Source: Candidatus Absconditabacterales bacterium
Lineage (GTDB): Bacteria > Patescibacteriota > Gracilibacteria > Absconditabacterales > Absconditicoccaceae
Direction: 5' to 3'
NCBI GenBank assembly: GCA_045643505.1
Contig: JAZUKX010000012.1
Span: forward strand, 1-42,953
Length of the DNA: 42,953 nt
Made by a program: the position numbers and the translations under genes
In this document: positions 23,260-33,595 of the stretch, one piece after another
Numbering within the stretch: position 1 is the stretch's first letter
How the letters are laid out: every line of letters starts with the position of its first letter
The notes under the pieces: model-generated
Database searches by the model: none
The model's input: the letters and a program-made list of their open reading frames with translations, nothing else
Told to the model about the DNA's origin: nothing

Positions 23260-25934
23260 TGGTTACTCCTTATCAAAAACGTAAAGCTAAGATAGGTAAA
23301 TATAACCCACAAAATATTATGTTTACAGATTTTAGTGAAGGTTTATATCTATTAGATACACCTAGAGATATTACAGAACAATTAGGATCATTAGCTTTAA
23401 AAGGTGGTCGTAATGTAATGGCGGAAAAAGGAGCATTAGTTCCTCAATACGGCTATTATCCATTAACTGAAACAAACGAATTACCAGTTGAAGAAAAAAT
23501 AGTAGCTGTTACTAAAGATGATAAAAGTAGTTCATCATTTTTTATAGTAACTAACTATGGTAATGTTTATTTATATACAGCTTTTCAAGGCTTAAAGAAA
23601 TATAAAACAACATTAGAAACTACCAACGATAATATTTTAACAGCAAGAACTAATAATAATATGATTATGTATTATAATGGTGCTGGATATCTATTTGGTG
23701 ATTATTACGAAGAAGCTGAATCGGTTATTATAGATGCTGGATGCTTAACTAGAAATTTTGGTAGTTATGCAGAAGTTGATGTTCCTGTAGAATCTAAACA
23801 ATATTATTGGAATGGTAAAAAAGTTAATTTATCATCTAGTGGTGTTTATACGATATCTAATATGACCAAAGGTAATGGTATAGTTTATAAACCTTACAAT
23901 TATGCAGATATGAAAGATTTAAACATATCTTATATGAGAGGTTATATATCATTAAATAGAAATCAACAAGTTATCGACTTAGGAGATGGAAGTACTATTA
24001 GTTGTATAGCTACTAAACATACTGGAACAGCTACAGAAGAAACTAGTAAAACAGTATTGGAGTACGAATGTTATAGATATGATAAAGTAGCATTTGCCCC
24101 TCCTTCAGCTCCTGATTCAGGTTATGTATATTTTAAACCTAATCCAACTCAAGGTACTTCTAGTAGAGCTACATCTAGCTATAGTAAAACTACTGATTCT
24201 ACTAATCTATCTAGTTTACCATCTGGATATACATTTAATATTAATAATGCTAATGGTGCTATTTCAATGTGGCAAAACAGTAATGCATTTAGTGTTTGTA
24301 AATTAACAAGAGATCCATCTGGTGATATTTACAAAACAGTAACTGAATCTAAAGAAGTTCAAGGTGAAGATTATTATACTTATAAAGTATCAATAAATTT
24401 ACATATGAAAGATGGTAGTACTTGGAGTTATTCTAGTGCTGATAAGAACGCTGGTTTATACGAATGGGAAATAAGAAACTGGATAGATAACAATACTATG
24501 TTTTCTTTAAGATTACCTAATACTGGTACTAACGTAGTAAATCAAAGTTATGCATCTGATTTATCTTTATTAGATTCTGGCTTAGCTACTCCTAAAGGTA
24601 TTAGAGTATCTGGCTCAAATAAAAATAATATATTAAACGAATCTTTAGAAGATAACGTAGTATTAACTTTAGTTCCTGATCCAGATAATACCGAAGATAT
24701 AGCTACTACTGTTGATATTAGTGAAAAAACATTTTTACCAATAGATTTAGTATATACACCAGAAGAAGAATCACAAGAGCAAAAAGTATTAATCCCAACT
24801 TTATTAGAAGTGTGTGTGAATAGATTATGTATAGTAAATTATGATGGATTTATTTATTATACTGGAGTAGGTGTTACTAAGGCTAGTGGTGAATTAAAAT
24901 TAAACGAATCTGAAGGTGCTGGATACTTTGGAGGATTCTTTAACGATAATTCTAAAACATTAGCGTTAGATGATTACATGACAGGAATATTGATATCTAA
25001 ACAAAATGGTTTATACTACTTAACTATTGCAGATACATTCTCATCACAATCAGTAAGTGCTGAAAGTCAATCTGGTATTAATATTAAGAAGATTGCTGAA
25101 ATAGGTCAACAATATGCTACAGATCATTTAGTAGTAAGAGAACAAGTATATGCTTATGATAGTAATTCTGATTCTATAGTATTGGCAGCTACTACTAATA
25201 TGTTTGGATCTGTTGTATCTGGTAAAGTATTAATTGATGCCGAATTCTTAAATGCTCAAAACTTCGGTATAGCTAGTTCTAAAAGATGTTTAACATTCAA
25301 TAAAGATGCTCAAGTATTTATATTATATTATGGTGATGATTTGAAACATGGAATAGTATTAAATAGTACTGGTAATTTATTCCCTAGGGAATTAGATCGA
25401 CCAATGATAATATTTCAGGGATTTAATCAAGGTGTTATAGGTATTACAAAAAGTAATGTAATAGTTCAAGATTATCATAAGAATACTATTATTCCTGATA
25501 TAGTTCCAGTAGCAGACTTTGAAGCTATAGGGCTAAAGGATAGTAGATGTATATGTTCGTCTATAGCAGAAGTATCAGAATTAAATGGTATTGAGTATGA
25601 TTTCTTAACAACAAATACTTTAACATCATTCCAACATATTAAACCATATACAAACTTTGGTATTGATAAGTTAGAAATACCACCAATGATATATTCAGAT
25701 GCTTTAAGAACTTATGATTCTTATGGGGTATTACCAGAAGAAGAAGATATACCTCCTATTGATTTAGCTAAAATAAAAGGTTTAAATAAATGGGCGGATA
25801 AAAAATCTAATTCAACTAGAATATATGCTCCCATGAGTGGTAGAGCTGGTATTAACATTTGTATGCAATTCCCAGCTAACGTAGCTTTCTGTTTGGCTGG
25901 TATTAGATTAAATGACTTTAGTCAAGGAGATTAA
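23259..25934 (+). CDS. tail tubular protein B / nozzle-like (position-based)
   Basis: 891 aa, immediately after the adaptor-like gene. The size and order resemble T7 gp12. Confidence 0.4.
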   Translation: MVTPYQKRKAKIGKYNPQNIMFTDFSEGLYLLDTPRDITEQLGSLALKGGRNVMAEKGALVPQYGYYPLTETNELPVEEKIVAVTKDDKSSSSFFIVTNYGNVYLYTAFQGLKKYKTTLETTNDNILTARTNNNMIMYYNGAGYLFGDYYEEAESVIIDAGCLTRNFGSYAEVDVPVESKQYYWNGKKVNLSSSGVYTISNMTKGNGIVYKPYNYADMKDLNISYMRGYISLNRNQQVIDLGDGSTISCIATKHTGTATEETSKTVLEYECYRYDKVAFAPPSAPDSGYVYFKPNPTQGTSSRATSSYSKTTDSTNLSSLPSGYTFNINNANGAISMWQNSNAFSVCKLTRDPSGDIYKTVTESKEVQGEDYYTYKVSINLHMKDGSTWSYSSADKNAGLYEWEIRNWIDNNTMFSLRLPNTGTNVVNQSYASDLSLLDSGLATPKGIRVSGSNKNNILNESLEDNVVLTLVPDPDNTEDIATTVDISEKTFLPIDLVYTPEEESQEQKVLIPTLLEVCVNRLCIVNYDGFIYYTGVGVTKASGELKLNESEGAGYFGGFFNDNSKTLALDDYMTGILISKQNGLYYLTIADTFSSQSVSAESQSGINIKKIAEIGQQYATDHLVVREQVYAYDSNSDSIVLAATTNMFGSVVSGKVLIDAEFLNAQNFGIASSKRCLTFNKDAQVFILYYGDDLKHGIVLNSTGNLFPRELDRPMIIFQGFNQGVIGITKSNVIVQDYHKNTIIPDIVPVADFEAIGLKDSRCICSSIAEVSELNGIEYDFLTTNTLTSFQHIKPYTNFGIDKLEIPPMIYSDALRTYDSYGVLPEEEDIPPIDLAKIKGLNKWADKKSNSTRIYAPMSGRAGINICMQFPANVAFCLAGIRLNDFSQGD

Positions 25935-25936
25935 GT

Positions 25937-26455
25937 ATGAAGTATAGATTATTAGATTATACAGATTGTGTGAGGTATAGAGATGATATATTACATTGTT
26001 ACCAGACTAATCATTTTATATTTGATAGTCAAAATATACTTCATATTGATACTCCAGAATTAGCTCAAGAATTTATTTTAAAATATATTGAAGCTGAGGA
26101 TTCCTGTGTTCAAGGTATTTTTGATGATAAAGAAGAATATCTATACGGCTTAGTTATTTATGATATGATTAGATGTACCGATAAACATACTTCTACACAA
26201 GTTCATATCGTTAATGATAAAGCTATATTTGGTAGAGTTATCAGACAATTATATAAAGAAATTATTGAATGTAGTCCATTTACTACAATATATGCAGAAA
26301 TACCATCTATAGCTGTTCACGCAATAGCTTTAGCTAAACATATGGGATTTAAGAAAACTGGCTATATTCCTAATGTAATACCTTATGTTAATTCTAAAGG
26401 TGAAGAAAAAATGTATGATCTTATTATCCTTAGCTACACTAAGGAGGTGAAATAG
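25937..26455 (+). CDS. GNAT-family N-acetyltransferase (RimJ/RimL-like pattern)
   Basis: VHIVNDKAIFGRVIRQLY ... IYAEIPSIAVHAIALAKHMGFKKTGYIP ... YDLIILSY fits the GNAT motif A/B layout. Confidence 0.55.
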   Translation: MKYRLLDYTDCVRYRDDILHCYQTNHFIFDSQNILHIDTPELAQEFILKYIEAEDSCVQGIFDDKEEYLYGLVIYDMIRCTDKHTSTQVHIVNDKAIFGRVIRQLYKEIIECSPFTTIYAEIPSIAVHAIALAKHMGFKKTGYIPNVIPYVNSKGEEKMYDLIILSYTKEVK

Positions 26456-26746
26456 ATGGAAGAAGAAATAAAAATATTACCAACTCATCACACAAGTTTA
26501 ATAGAAGCTTATAAAAGATTAATGGATTATTATTTTCCTAAAAAAGATCCAAAAGAAATATCACCTCTTGATGGATATTTTGGTGGAAGTAGTAATTCCA
26601 TAGCTGGTGATATGATGGGAATTTATGATGGGTTTACTATGTTAAATGGTTATTGTTATCCAGACAACGGAAATATTAATAATTGTCCAATGACAGCTCC
26701 GATACCGAAAGAATATTTAATAAAACCTCAAGGAGGAAATAAATAG
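26456..26746 (+). CDS. hypothetical protein
   Basis: ORF track; AAGGAGG RBS. Confidence 0.75.
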   Translation: MEEEIKILPTHHTSLIEAYKRLMDYYFPKKDPKEISPLDGYFGGSSNSIAGDMMGIYDGFTMLNGYCYPDNGNINNCPMTAPIPKEYLIKPQGGNK

Positions 26747-27211
26747 ATGGTAAGATTTCAACGTAAGAAAATAACAGTTGATGAAGCTGGTAGAAAACAC
26801 GGATTTAGATCTGGATTAGAAAAAAATTTTATAAAAGAATTAGAAGAATATGGTATTGATCCTTCTTATGAATCTAGAGAATTTATGTATATAGTACCAG
26901 AGAGTAAACATAAATATACTCCAGATTTTCCAGTTAGTCCACATATTGTAATCGAAACTAAAGGTCGATGGGTATTAGAGGACAGACAAAAAATGCTCTT
27001 AGTTATCGAACAATATCCTGAAATTGATTTTAGAATAGTATTTTATAATGCTAATCAAAAAATTAAAAAAGGAAGTAAAACGACTTATGGAATGTGGTGC
27101 GACAAACACCATATTAAATGGGCGGACAAATCCATACCTAGGGAATGGTTGGATGATATATACAATGACTTAGCGAATAGTCCAGAGGACGTACACAAGT
27201 CTGTCGATTAA
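26747..27211 (+). CDS. T7 endonuclease I-type Holliday-junction resolvase
   Basis: Aligns by eye to T7 gp3: FRSGLE, HKYTPDF, VIETKG, DRQK.LL, YPEIDFRIVF, W..KH.IKWADK.IP.EW. Confidence 0.85.
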   Translation: MVRFQRKKITVDEAGRKHGFRSGLEKNFIKELEEYGIDPSYESREFMYIVPESKHKYTPDFPVSPHIVIETKGRWVLEDRQKMLLVIEQYPEIDFRIVFYNANQKIKKGSKTTYGMWCDKHHIKWADKSIPREWLDDIYNDLANSPEDVHKSVD

Positions 27212-27229
27212 GTTTTTGTTACATATATA

Positions 27230-27258
27230 TTGAAAAGTTTTATCCTATATGTTATAAT
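27230..27258 (+). promoter_or_regulatory. extended -10 promoter (TTGAAA-17-TGtTATAAT) flanked by a 10-bp inverted repeat
   Basis: -35 at 27230-27235; -10 at 27253-27258. Inverted repeat TTATCCTATA 27240-27249 / TATAGGATAA 27262-27271. Confidence 0.65.
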
Positions 27259-27312
27259 AATTATAGGATAATACATAGTTACGTACGCATAAAAGAAAAG
27301 GAGAAATAAAAT

Positions 27313-28107
27313 ATGTGTGCAAAACAAGCTAAAAAGACTCAAACTGATTATACTAAAGGTGGTAAGCGAATAAGCGATACAGCTATACCTTTGTATGAAA
27401 AAGGATTGAATCAATTAAGTGAATGGACATTAGATCCTACAAGACAAATAGATACTTATTTAGATAAGTACTATGGTAAGACAGCAGCTCAATCTGATGC
27501 TATAAGAGATTATGAAAGAGCTATGGGTAATGCAGCAAGTAATTTATATGCTACTACTCATGGTGGTTATAGTTCAGCTGGAGATATGTCAGCAGCTAAC
27601 CAACAAAGAGCTTGGAATGATTATATGGCTAGATTAAGAGATCAAGGTGTGCAAAATGCCTATAATATGTACTCTGGTAATGTAGGTCAATTACAAAACT
27701 CTTTAAGTGCTTATAATAACGCTTATGGATTAGGTAAAGAATATTCTGATATAGAGCAGTACAATTATATTGCCGATCAGGCTAATTCAGCTCAAAATCA
27801 AATAGGTGGAGCTATGGGTGGCGTTGGTAAAGTATTTAGCGCTATTCCGTTACCTTGGACACAAGCGATAGGTGCTGGGTTACAAGCTGGTGGTAATTTG
27901 ATGTCTATAGATACTGATTCTGCATTTAGATCTTTAGGTTCGGGTAATACAGCAGGACAATATGGTGGCGATAATAGTTGGACTGGATTTAGTGATTCTG
28001 TTGGAAAAGGTATTGGTAGTTGGATGAACTTAGGAATGCCTAAATCTTTTGCAGATTTAAAAGCAGCTATGGCTAATCAACAAGCTCAACAAAAGGCTGG
28101 AGGTTAA
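27313..28107 (+). CDS. internal virion (core) protein-like, Gly/Ala/Gln-rich
   Basis: Position before the SLT-domain protein; composition. Confidence 0.4.
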   Translation: MCAKQAKKTQTDYTKGGKRISDTAIPLYEKGLNQLSEWTLDPTRQIDTYLDKYYGKTAAQSDAIRDYERAMGNAASNLYATTHGGYSSAGDMSAANQQRAWNDYMARLRDQGVQNAYNMYSGNVGQLQNSLSAYNNAYGLGKEYSDIEQYNYIADQANSAQNQIGGAMGGVGKVFSAIPLPWTQAIGAGLQAGGNLMSIDTDSAFRSLGSGNTAGQYGGDNSWTGFSDSVGKGIGSWMNLGMPKSFADLKAAMANQQAQQKAGG

Positions 28108-28110
28108 TTA

Positions 28111-29934
28111 ATGGTAAGAGATTATTCAAAAGCTGAAATTATTAAAATAATAATGGATGAAGCTAATGCACAAGGTGTTGATCCTGATATTATCTTAGCT
28201 ATAGCAGAACACGAATCTGGAATGAGAAACAATGCTATATCACCTAAAAATAATAATGGTTCAAGAGATCATGGAGTAATGCAATTAAATGATAAATATC
28301 ATAAGTTAAAAAACCCTTATGATCCACACGAAAATATTAGATATGGTATTAAACATTTTAAAGGATTATTAGCAGGAACTGGAGGAGATGTAGCAAGAGC
28401 ATTAAGTAATTATAATGCAGGAGCTGGGGCTACTGGTAAAGCTAGACAACAAGGTAATAATTATGCAAGAAAAGTTATGGCTTTAATACCTAATTTTAAT
28501 GAAGCAACTATAGGTTCTATAGCTAGATCTAATCCAAAACCTCAAGGCAATATTAATGATGTACAAAATAATACTACACAAGGAGTAGATATGTCAGTTA
28601 ATCAACCAAACATAACAACAAATCCTTATGTTACAGCTCAAGATTTAGCAAATGCTTATAATCAAATTACACAATCTCAAGATATACAACAATTACAAAA
28701 ACAAGCTACTGGTGCTGATTATCAAAATCAACAAGCTAGACAATTGTTAAATCAGTATTATTCAACTAATAGTATATCTTATCCTAATCTAATTCAAGCA
28801 TTAGCTAGCTTAGGTGTATCAGCAGAGGAATTGAGAGCTATACCTCCAAAAGATATTAATGCAGATACTCAAACAAGGTTATCTATGTTAAATCAAGTTG
28901 GAGAATCGCCAGAACAAACTGTAGCTCGTAGACAAGATTATATAAATGCTTTACAACAAATGCAAACTAATCAAAACCAAGGTAGAAATATCTATGATAT
29001 GTTAAATCAAGCATACGATCAATATAGACAAGATATTCAAATGCCTACTGGTTATTCTGTAGATCCTAGAGGATTAGCAGCTCAAGCATTAGGTAGTACA
29101 ATGTTAGCTAACTTAGGTGCAGATCCTAGCAAGTATACTAGCTATACAGATTTAAGAAATGCAGCTTATCAAGCTCAAGTAGCTAATCAAATGGGTGTAC
29201 CTTATGATATGTTCTTAAAGATGAGAGAAGAGCAATTAGCTTTAGATAAACAAAGAATAGCTGATTACTTAACAGCGCAAGGACAAATAGCTCCTAATGA
29301 CAAGGCGGCTTATGATGCTATAGCTAAAATGAGTCAGCAAGATGTTGATATTATTAAAGAACGTATTTCTCAAGGTGGTGGAATACTTCAACAAGCTGAA
29401 CAAAATCAAGGTGATATTGGTGAACAAGTTGTAAGCAATCAAGGTAGTATCACTACTACTGGAATGACACAAGCAGGTCAAACTCTAGGAGATCAATTAA
29501 AATTCTTATCTGATAGATTTAATAATGCTACTGATTTAGAAAAATCTAGGATAGCAGCAGAAGTAGGATTGTCTGTTAGTGAACTTGATAACTTAACTAA
29601 ATTAAGAGTTGCTGATACTCAAGCCGATGTAGCTACTAAAGGTCAAAACTTAGAAAGACAAACAGCCGTTGATAAGATTAATGCAGAACGGGCTGTAAAT
29701 CAAGCTAAGGCTGGATATTATGGAAGTGGTACTGTGCTTAATTTGAAAGCAGCTGATCCTATGTTAAGTACTACAGGTATTGCCAAGACATTAAATCCTA
29801 ATGTTAGACAGCAAGTATTTAATCCAAAATTAATGCCTAATAAATTTGAAAGCTTAATAAATCCTAATGCTGCAAATTTACAAGGTCAAACTGGATTTGA
29901 TAAACTAAAAGCTAGATTTGATAGACCAGAATAA
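28111..29934 (+). CDS. internal virion protein with N-terminal lytic transglycosylase (SLT) domain
   Basis: AIAEHESGMRNN ... GVMQLN ... YNAG are SLT motifs, followed by a long Gln-rich helical region. Confidence 0.75.
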   Translation: MVRDYSKAEIIKIIMDEANAQGVDPDIILAIAEHESGMRNNAISPKNNNGSRDHGVMQLNDKYHKLKNPYDPHENIRYGIKHFKGLLAGTGGDVARALSNYNAGAGATGKARQQGNNYARKVMALIPNFNEATIGSIARSNPKPQGNINDVQNNTTQGVDMSVNQPNITTNPYVTAQDLANAYNQITQSQDIQQLQKQATGADYQNQQARQLLNQYYSTNSISYPNLIQALASLGVSAEELRAIPPKDINADTQTRLSMLNQVGESPEQTVARRQDYINALQQMQTNQNQGRNIYDMLNQAYDQYRQDIQMPTGYSVDPRGLAAQALGSTMLANLGADPSKYTSYTDLRNAAYQAQVANQMGVPYDMFLKMREEQLALDKQRIADYLTAQGQIAPNDKAAYDAIAKMSQQDVDIIKERISQGGGILQQAEQNQGDIGEQVVSNQGSITTTGMTQAGQTLGDQLKFLSDRFNNATDLEKSRIAAEVGLSVSELDNLTKLRVADTQADVATKGQNLERQTAVDKINAERAVNQAKAGYYGSGTVLNLKAADPMLSTTGIAKTLNPNVRQQVFNPKLMPNKFESLINPNAANLQGQTGFDKLKARFDRPE

Positions 29935-29944
29935 GGAGTAAAGA

Positions 29945-32854
29945 ATGGTTAGAGAATTTGGTTTTAATCCATACGAAATAAATTATAGAAAGGTGCAACC
30001 TATAGAGGTTGTGCCTTGGCAACCAGCTAATCAAACACAAACTGAAGGCACAGATCCTTATACACAAGAGTTATTAAATAGATTACAAACTCAACAACAA
30101 GCTCATGTAACTAGAGCTAAAACTCCAATGGAGCAAGGATCTTGGAATCCATTAGTTAATGCTTGGCATGATGTTCAATTAGTTGGTACTGGTTTACAAC
30201 AAATGTGGAATCATCCTAAAGAAACTATTGTAGATCCTTTACGTAAAGAGTATAGTAAAATAGCTAATATACTAGCTCCTTCATTAGATGAACCTATAGA
30301 AGTTAATCCAGTTAAAGGCATTATAGATCAAACTAAGAGGAGTATAAAAGCTACAAAAGAATTAGGAAAAGATACATTTAATTTCTTAGCAACTAATTAT
30401 GATGTAACTACAGATGATATTGTAGATGTGCTAAATGGTAGGCAATCAGCTAAAGATGTAGCTGCTAGAGCTGCTATGAATGCGTATCAACATCCAGTAT
30501 TCACAGCATTAGATGTAGCAGGTTTAAAGGGTGCTGTTAAAGGTTTAAAAGGTGGAGCGAAAGCTACTGGTAAAACAGCTGAAAAAGAAATTATTAGTAA
30601 CGCTAGAAAAGTAGAAGATGCTCTTAATACAGCCACAGCTGAAGTTAAATCTAAGACTTATAATGTATTAGAGAAATTTCACGATTTAAGAAAATCTCCA
30701 GAATCGTCTGTTATGAAATCAATAGAAGCGTTAGAAACTGGAGAAGTACTAACTGGCGAAACTAATAAGACAGCTGTTAAAACTTTATCTAAGTTAGTTG
30801 ATTATTGGGATAATGCAGTCCCTGAATTTGCTAAGGTTAATAAACAAGATTTAGCATTAAATCAAAAGCTAGTTAGAGAAGGTACAGCTCATACTATCGC
30901 TGAAGCTGACAAACTACTCCAAAGCTATAAATCAGGTGGACAATTAAGTAAAGAAGCATTAGAATTATTATCTAAAGATGGTGATAAAGTTGCTGGTTCT
31001 TTATTAAAAGGTATGAATGACTTTGAAAAAGGTTATTTAAAATTAGTACCTCACGGTTTAGCTGAAGTAGTTAAAACAGCAGAAGGCGCTATAGATGTCG
31101 GTAGTATGGCTGATAGATTATTTGCTGGTAAATATTCTACTAGAGCTTGGGGTAATGCTAGTTATAGTGATATAGCTAAACAATTACTTAATCCTTACGA
31201 ATGGGTTGATGCTCAAACTAGAGCTTGGATTGAAGAAGGTATTACTAGAGAAATAATGGAAAAAGGTACTTTAGGTGGTAGACCATTAGTAGAAGAAGGT
31301 GCTAAAAAAGTTAAGTACATAGAACCTGTTGATGGTGAATCTAAAGTTAGTTTAAAACACGCATTAGACACAGCTAGTGATACTCCTTTATCTGAAAAAT
31401 CAATCGCTATAGATGCTGATTTAGTTAAAGAATTAAATAACCAAGTTAAGAACATGGTAAGTAATCCATTCAAGTCTGGAACTTTCTTATCAGATACTTA
31501 TACAGTAACTAAACAAAACTGGTTAAATACTTTAGGATATTTAGCTGGTAACGCAACTACTGGTTTATATAATGCTTTAATGAATGCAGGATTAAGTCCA
31601 GTTGGATTTGCTCAAGATGTAGTAGATGCTATTAGGACTGGAGGTAAATTAGCTAAACAAGTAGGTACTTGGAGAGAATTAAGAATGCCTGAAGCTAGGG
31701 TTAAAAACCCAGTATTAAAAACCGTAGCTACAGCTAATAAACCAATATCTTACTTAGCTAACTTAGTTGATGCTCGTTTACAAAATATATTTAGCGAAAT
31801 GTCTTTAAATAGAAATCTAAGAGAAGCTGGTGTTTCTTTAGCAAAAAGAGAAGAACATATAGCTAATATGGGTAAATTACAACTAGCAGAATTAGCTAGA
31901 GATAATAAAATGATGGCTCTAATTAACCCTACTAGAACTATCTTACCTCAACAATTACACGGTTTTGCATCTTTAGTAAACCCTTATTGGAGATGGATGG
32001 ATACAGCTTTACAATCATCTAAATATATGTTTGATAAAAAACCTTTACTATCCAATGCTATATTAAATCACTTTGCTAGTACTATAGCATTTAATGAAGG
32101 TATGCAAGAAAACCTTAACTTAGGTGTGCAAAATAGTAAACCATTTGTATCTTATAGATATAATCCACATAGTAAACAAGTTGAAGAAGTATCAGCAGAA
32201 TTTGCTCCTATTATGAATACATTAAGATTAGCTAACTCTTTTGGAGAAGCGGTAGCTGAAAGAAATCCTAAAAAATTAATGAATACTTTAGGATCAGCAC
32301 AGATACCTTTATTCTCTGTAGTAGTTAATAGTGTTAATGGTGTTGATAAATATGGCAAACCTTTAGTACGTCCAGAGATGGATCGTCCTACTACAAATAA
32401 TTTAAAAGCTATTGTAGGAACTGAAAGACGTGAATACAGAGCTGGAGAAGGATGGGTAGTAAAAGAAGGTGGTTATGCCGATGAAATACTTACTCAATCT
32501 ATAAATGAATTATTCTCACTTCCAAGATTTGTTAATAGAACAGCAGCTCCTGCAGCAGCTGGTTTGTATAATCAATTAACAGGTAGTAATATTAGATATT
32601 ATCAACCTTATGCTAATCAGTTATTTGGACAATTTAGTGAAGCTGGTATAATGCCATCAAATGCTAATCCAAGACGTTCAGCAGCTGGTGAAGAATTTAT
32701 AGATTTATTAAAAGGTCAATATGCTAGAAGATATAATCCTATGGAAGATATAGTTAAACCTAATGTAAATCTTCAAAAACAAATATTGAAAAATATGAAT
32801 AGAAGAAGTGGTATGAGTCAAATGATACTTAATCAATATGGAGGTGAACAATAA
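29945..32854 (+). CDS. large internal virion / ejection protein-like
   Basis: 969 aa and follows the SLT protein. The order resembles T7 gp14-16. Confidence 0.45.
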   Translation: MVREFGFNPYEINYRKVQPIEVVPWQPANQTQTEGTDPYTQELLNRLQTQQQAHVTRAKTPMEQGSWNPLVNAWHDVQLVGTGLQQMWNHPKETIVDPLRKEYSKIANILAPSLDEPIEVNPVKGIIDQTKRSIKATKELGKDTFNFLATNYDVTTDDIVDVLNGRQSAKDVAARAAMNAYQHPVFTALDVAGLKGAVKGLKGGAKATGKTAEKEIISNARKVEDALNTATAEVKSKTYNVLEKFHDLRKSPESSVMKSIEALETGEVLTGETNKTAVKTLSKLVDYWDNAVPEFAKVNKQDLALNQKLVREGTAHTIAEADKLLQSYKSGGQLSKEALELLSKDGDKVAGSLLKGMNDFEKGYLKLVPHGLAEVVKTAEGAIDVGSMADRLFAGKYSTRAWGNASYSDIAKQLLNPYEWVDAQTRAWIEEGITREIMEKGTLGGRPLVEEGAKKVKYIEPVDGESKVSLKHALDTASDTPLSEKSIAIDADLVKELNNQVKNMVSNPFKSGTFLSDTYTVTKQNWLNTLGYLAGNATTGLYNALMNAGLSPVGFAQDVVDAIRTGGKLAKQVGTWRELRMPEARVKNPVLKTVATANKPISYLANLVDARLQNIFSEMSLNRNLREAGVSLAKREEHIANMGKLQLAELARDNKMMALINPTRTILPQQLHGFASLVNPYWRWMDTALQSSKYMFDKKPLLSNAILNHFASTIAFNEGMQENLNLGVQNSKPFVSYRYNPHSKQVEEVSAEFAPIMNTLRLANSFGEAVAERNPKKLMNTLGSAQIPLFSVVVNSVNGVDKYGKPLVRPEMDRPTTNNLKAIVGTERREYRAGEGWVVKEGGYADEILTQSINELFSLPRFVNRTAAPAAAGLYNQLTGSNIRYYQPYANQLFGQFSEAGIMPSNANPRRSAAGEEFIDLLKGQYARRYNPMEDIVKPNVNLQKQILKNMNRRSGMSQMILNQYGGEQ

Positions 32855-33594
32855 TGCCAGATGAAACTGATTATAGAGATGGATTTAGAGAGGATGGTAC
32901 TTTGTTGCCATTCTCCCTCCCTAGGGAGGATTGGTACGATGAGGAAGGTCGTATCTATAAGGATATTTTAATAGAAAATTTTAATTCTATTCAAAATAAA
33001 CTATTACAGATATCTCAACTAAGTCCGTTTAATACTACTCCCCCTGATATATCAGAAGTTACTTATGAGGACGTTACATTAGATTCTCCAGAAGAGAAAA
33101 TAGTTAATGTTAGTTCATTAGTAGATATTTTGAATCTAAAGGGATTACCATTAGAATATAGTTTTTCCGGTAACGTAATTAAAAAATTAGTTTACTATAG
33201 CGATAGTAAAGAATTAAAAACTTTAACTAATATAAGTACGGAAGCTAGTATGTCTAAACCTTATGTATATCTAAATTATGTTAATAACACAGTAATAGCT
33301 AGTTCTAGTGAAACTACACCAAGTAATTGTAGATTTATTGGATGTTATGCTAATAATACTATAAGAGGAATTAACAATTACGACTTTGCTAACTTAAATC
33401 TATTATATATTCTAAGTCAAATGAGTATAGAAACTAAAGATGTAGAAATGCAAAACTCTGAATGGTTTAGAGATCAATGGGTTGAAAAAGGTTGGAAGTT
33501 AAGTGGTGGTACTGTAGGTGCTACAGATTTAGATACTCAAAGTGGAAGTAATTTAGGTACTGTAACTTTCAATAGAATAGGAAGGAAAAAGTAA
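32854..33594 (+). CDS. hypothetical virion-associated protein
   Basis: ORF track; ATGA-type coupling inside the structural block. Confidence 0.7.
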   Translation: MPDETDYRDGFREDGTLLPFSLPREDWYDEEGRIYKDILIENFNSIQNKLLQISQLSPFNTTPPDISEVTYEDVTLDSPEEKIVNVSSLVDILNLKGLPLEYSFSGNVIKKLVYYSDSKELKTLTNISTEASMSKPYVYLNYVNNTVIASSSETTPSNCRFIGCYANNTIRGINNYDFANLNLLYILSQMSIETKDVEMQNSEWFRDQWVEKGWKLSGGTVGATDLDTQSGSNLGTVTFNRIGRKK

Positions 33595-33595
33595 T

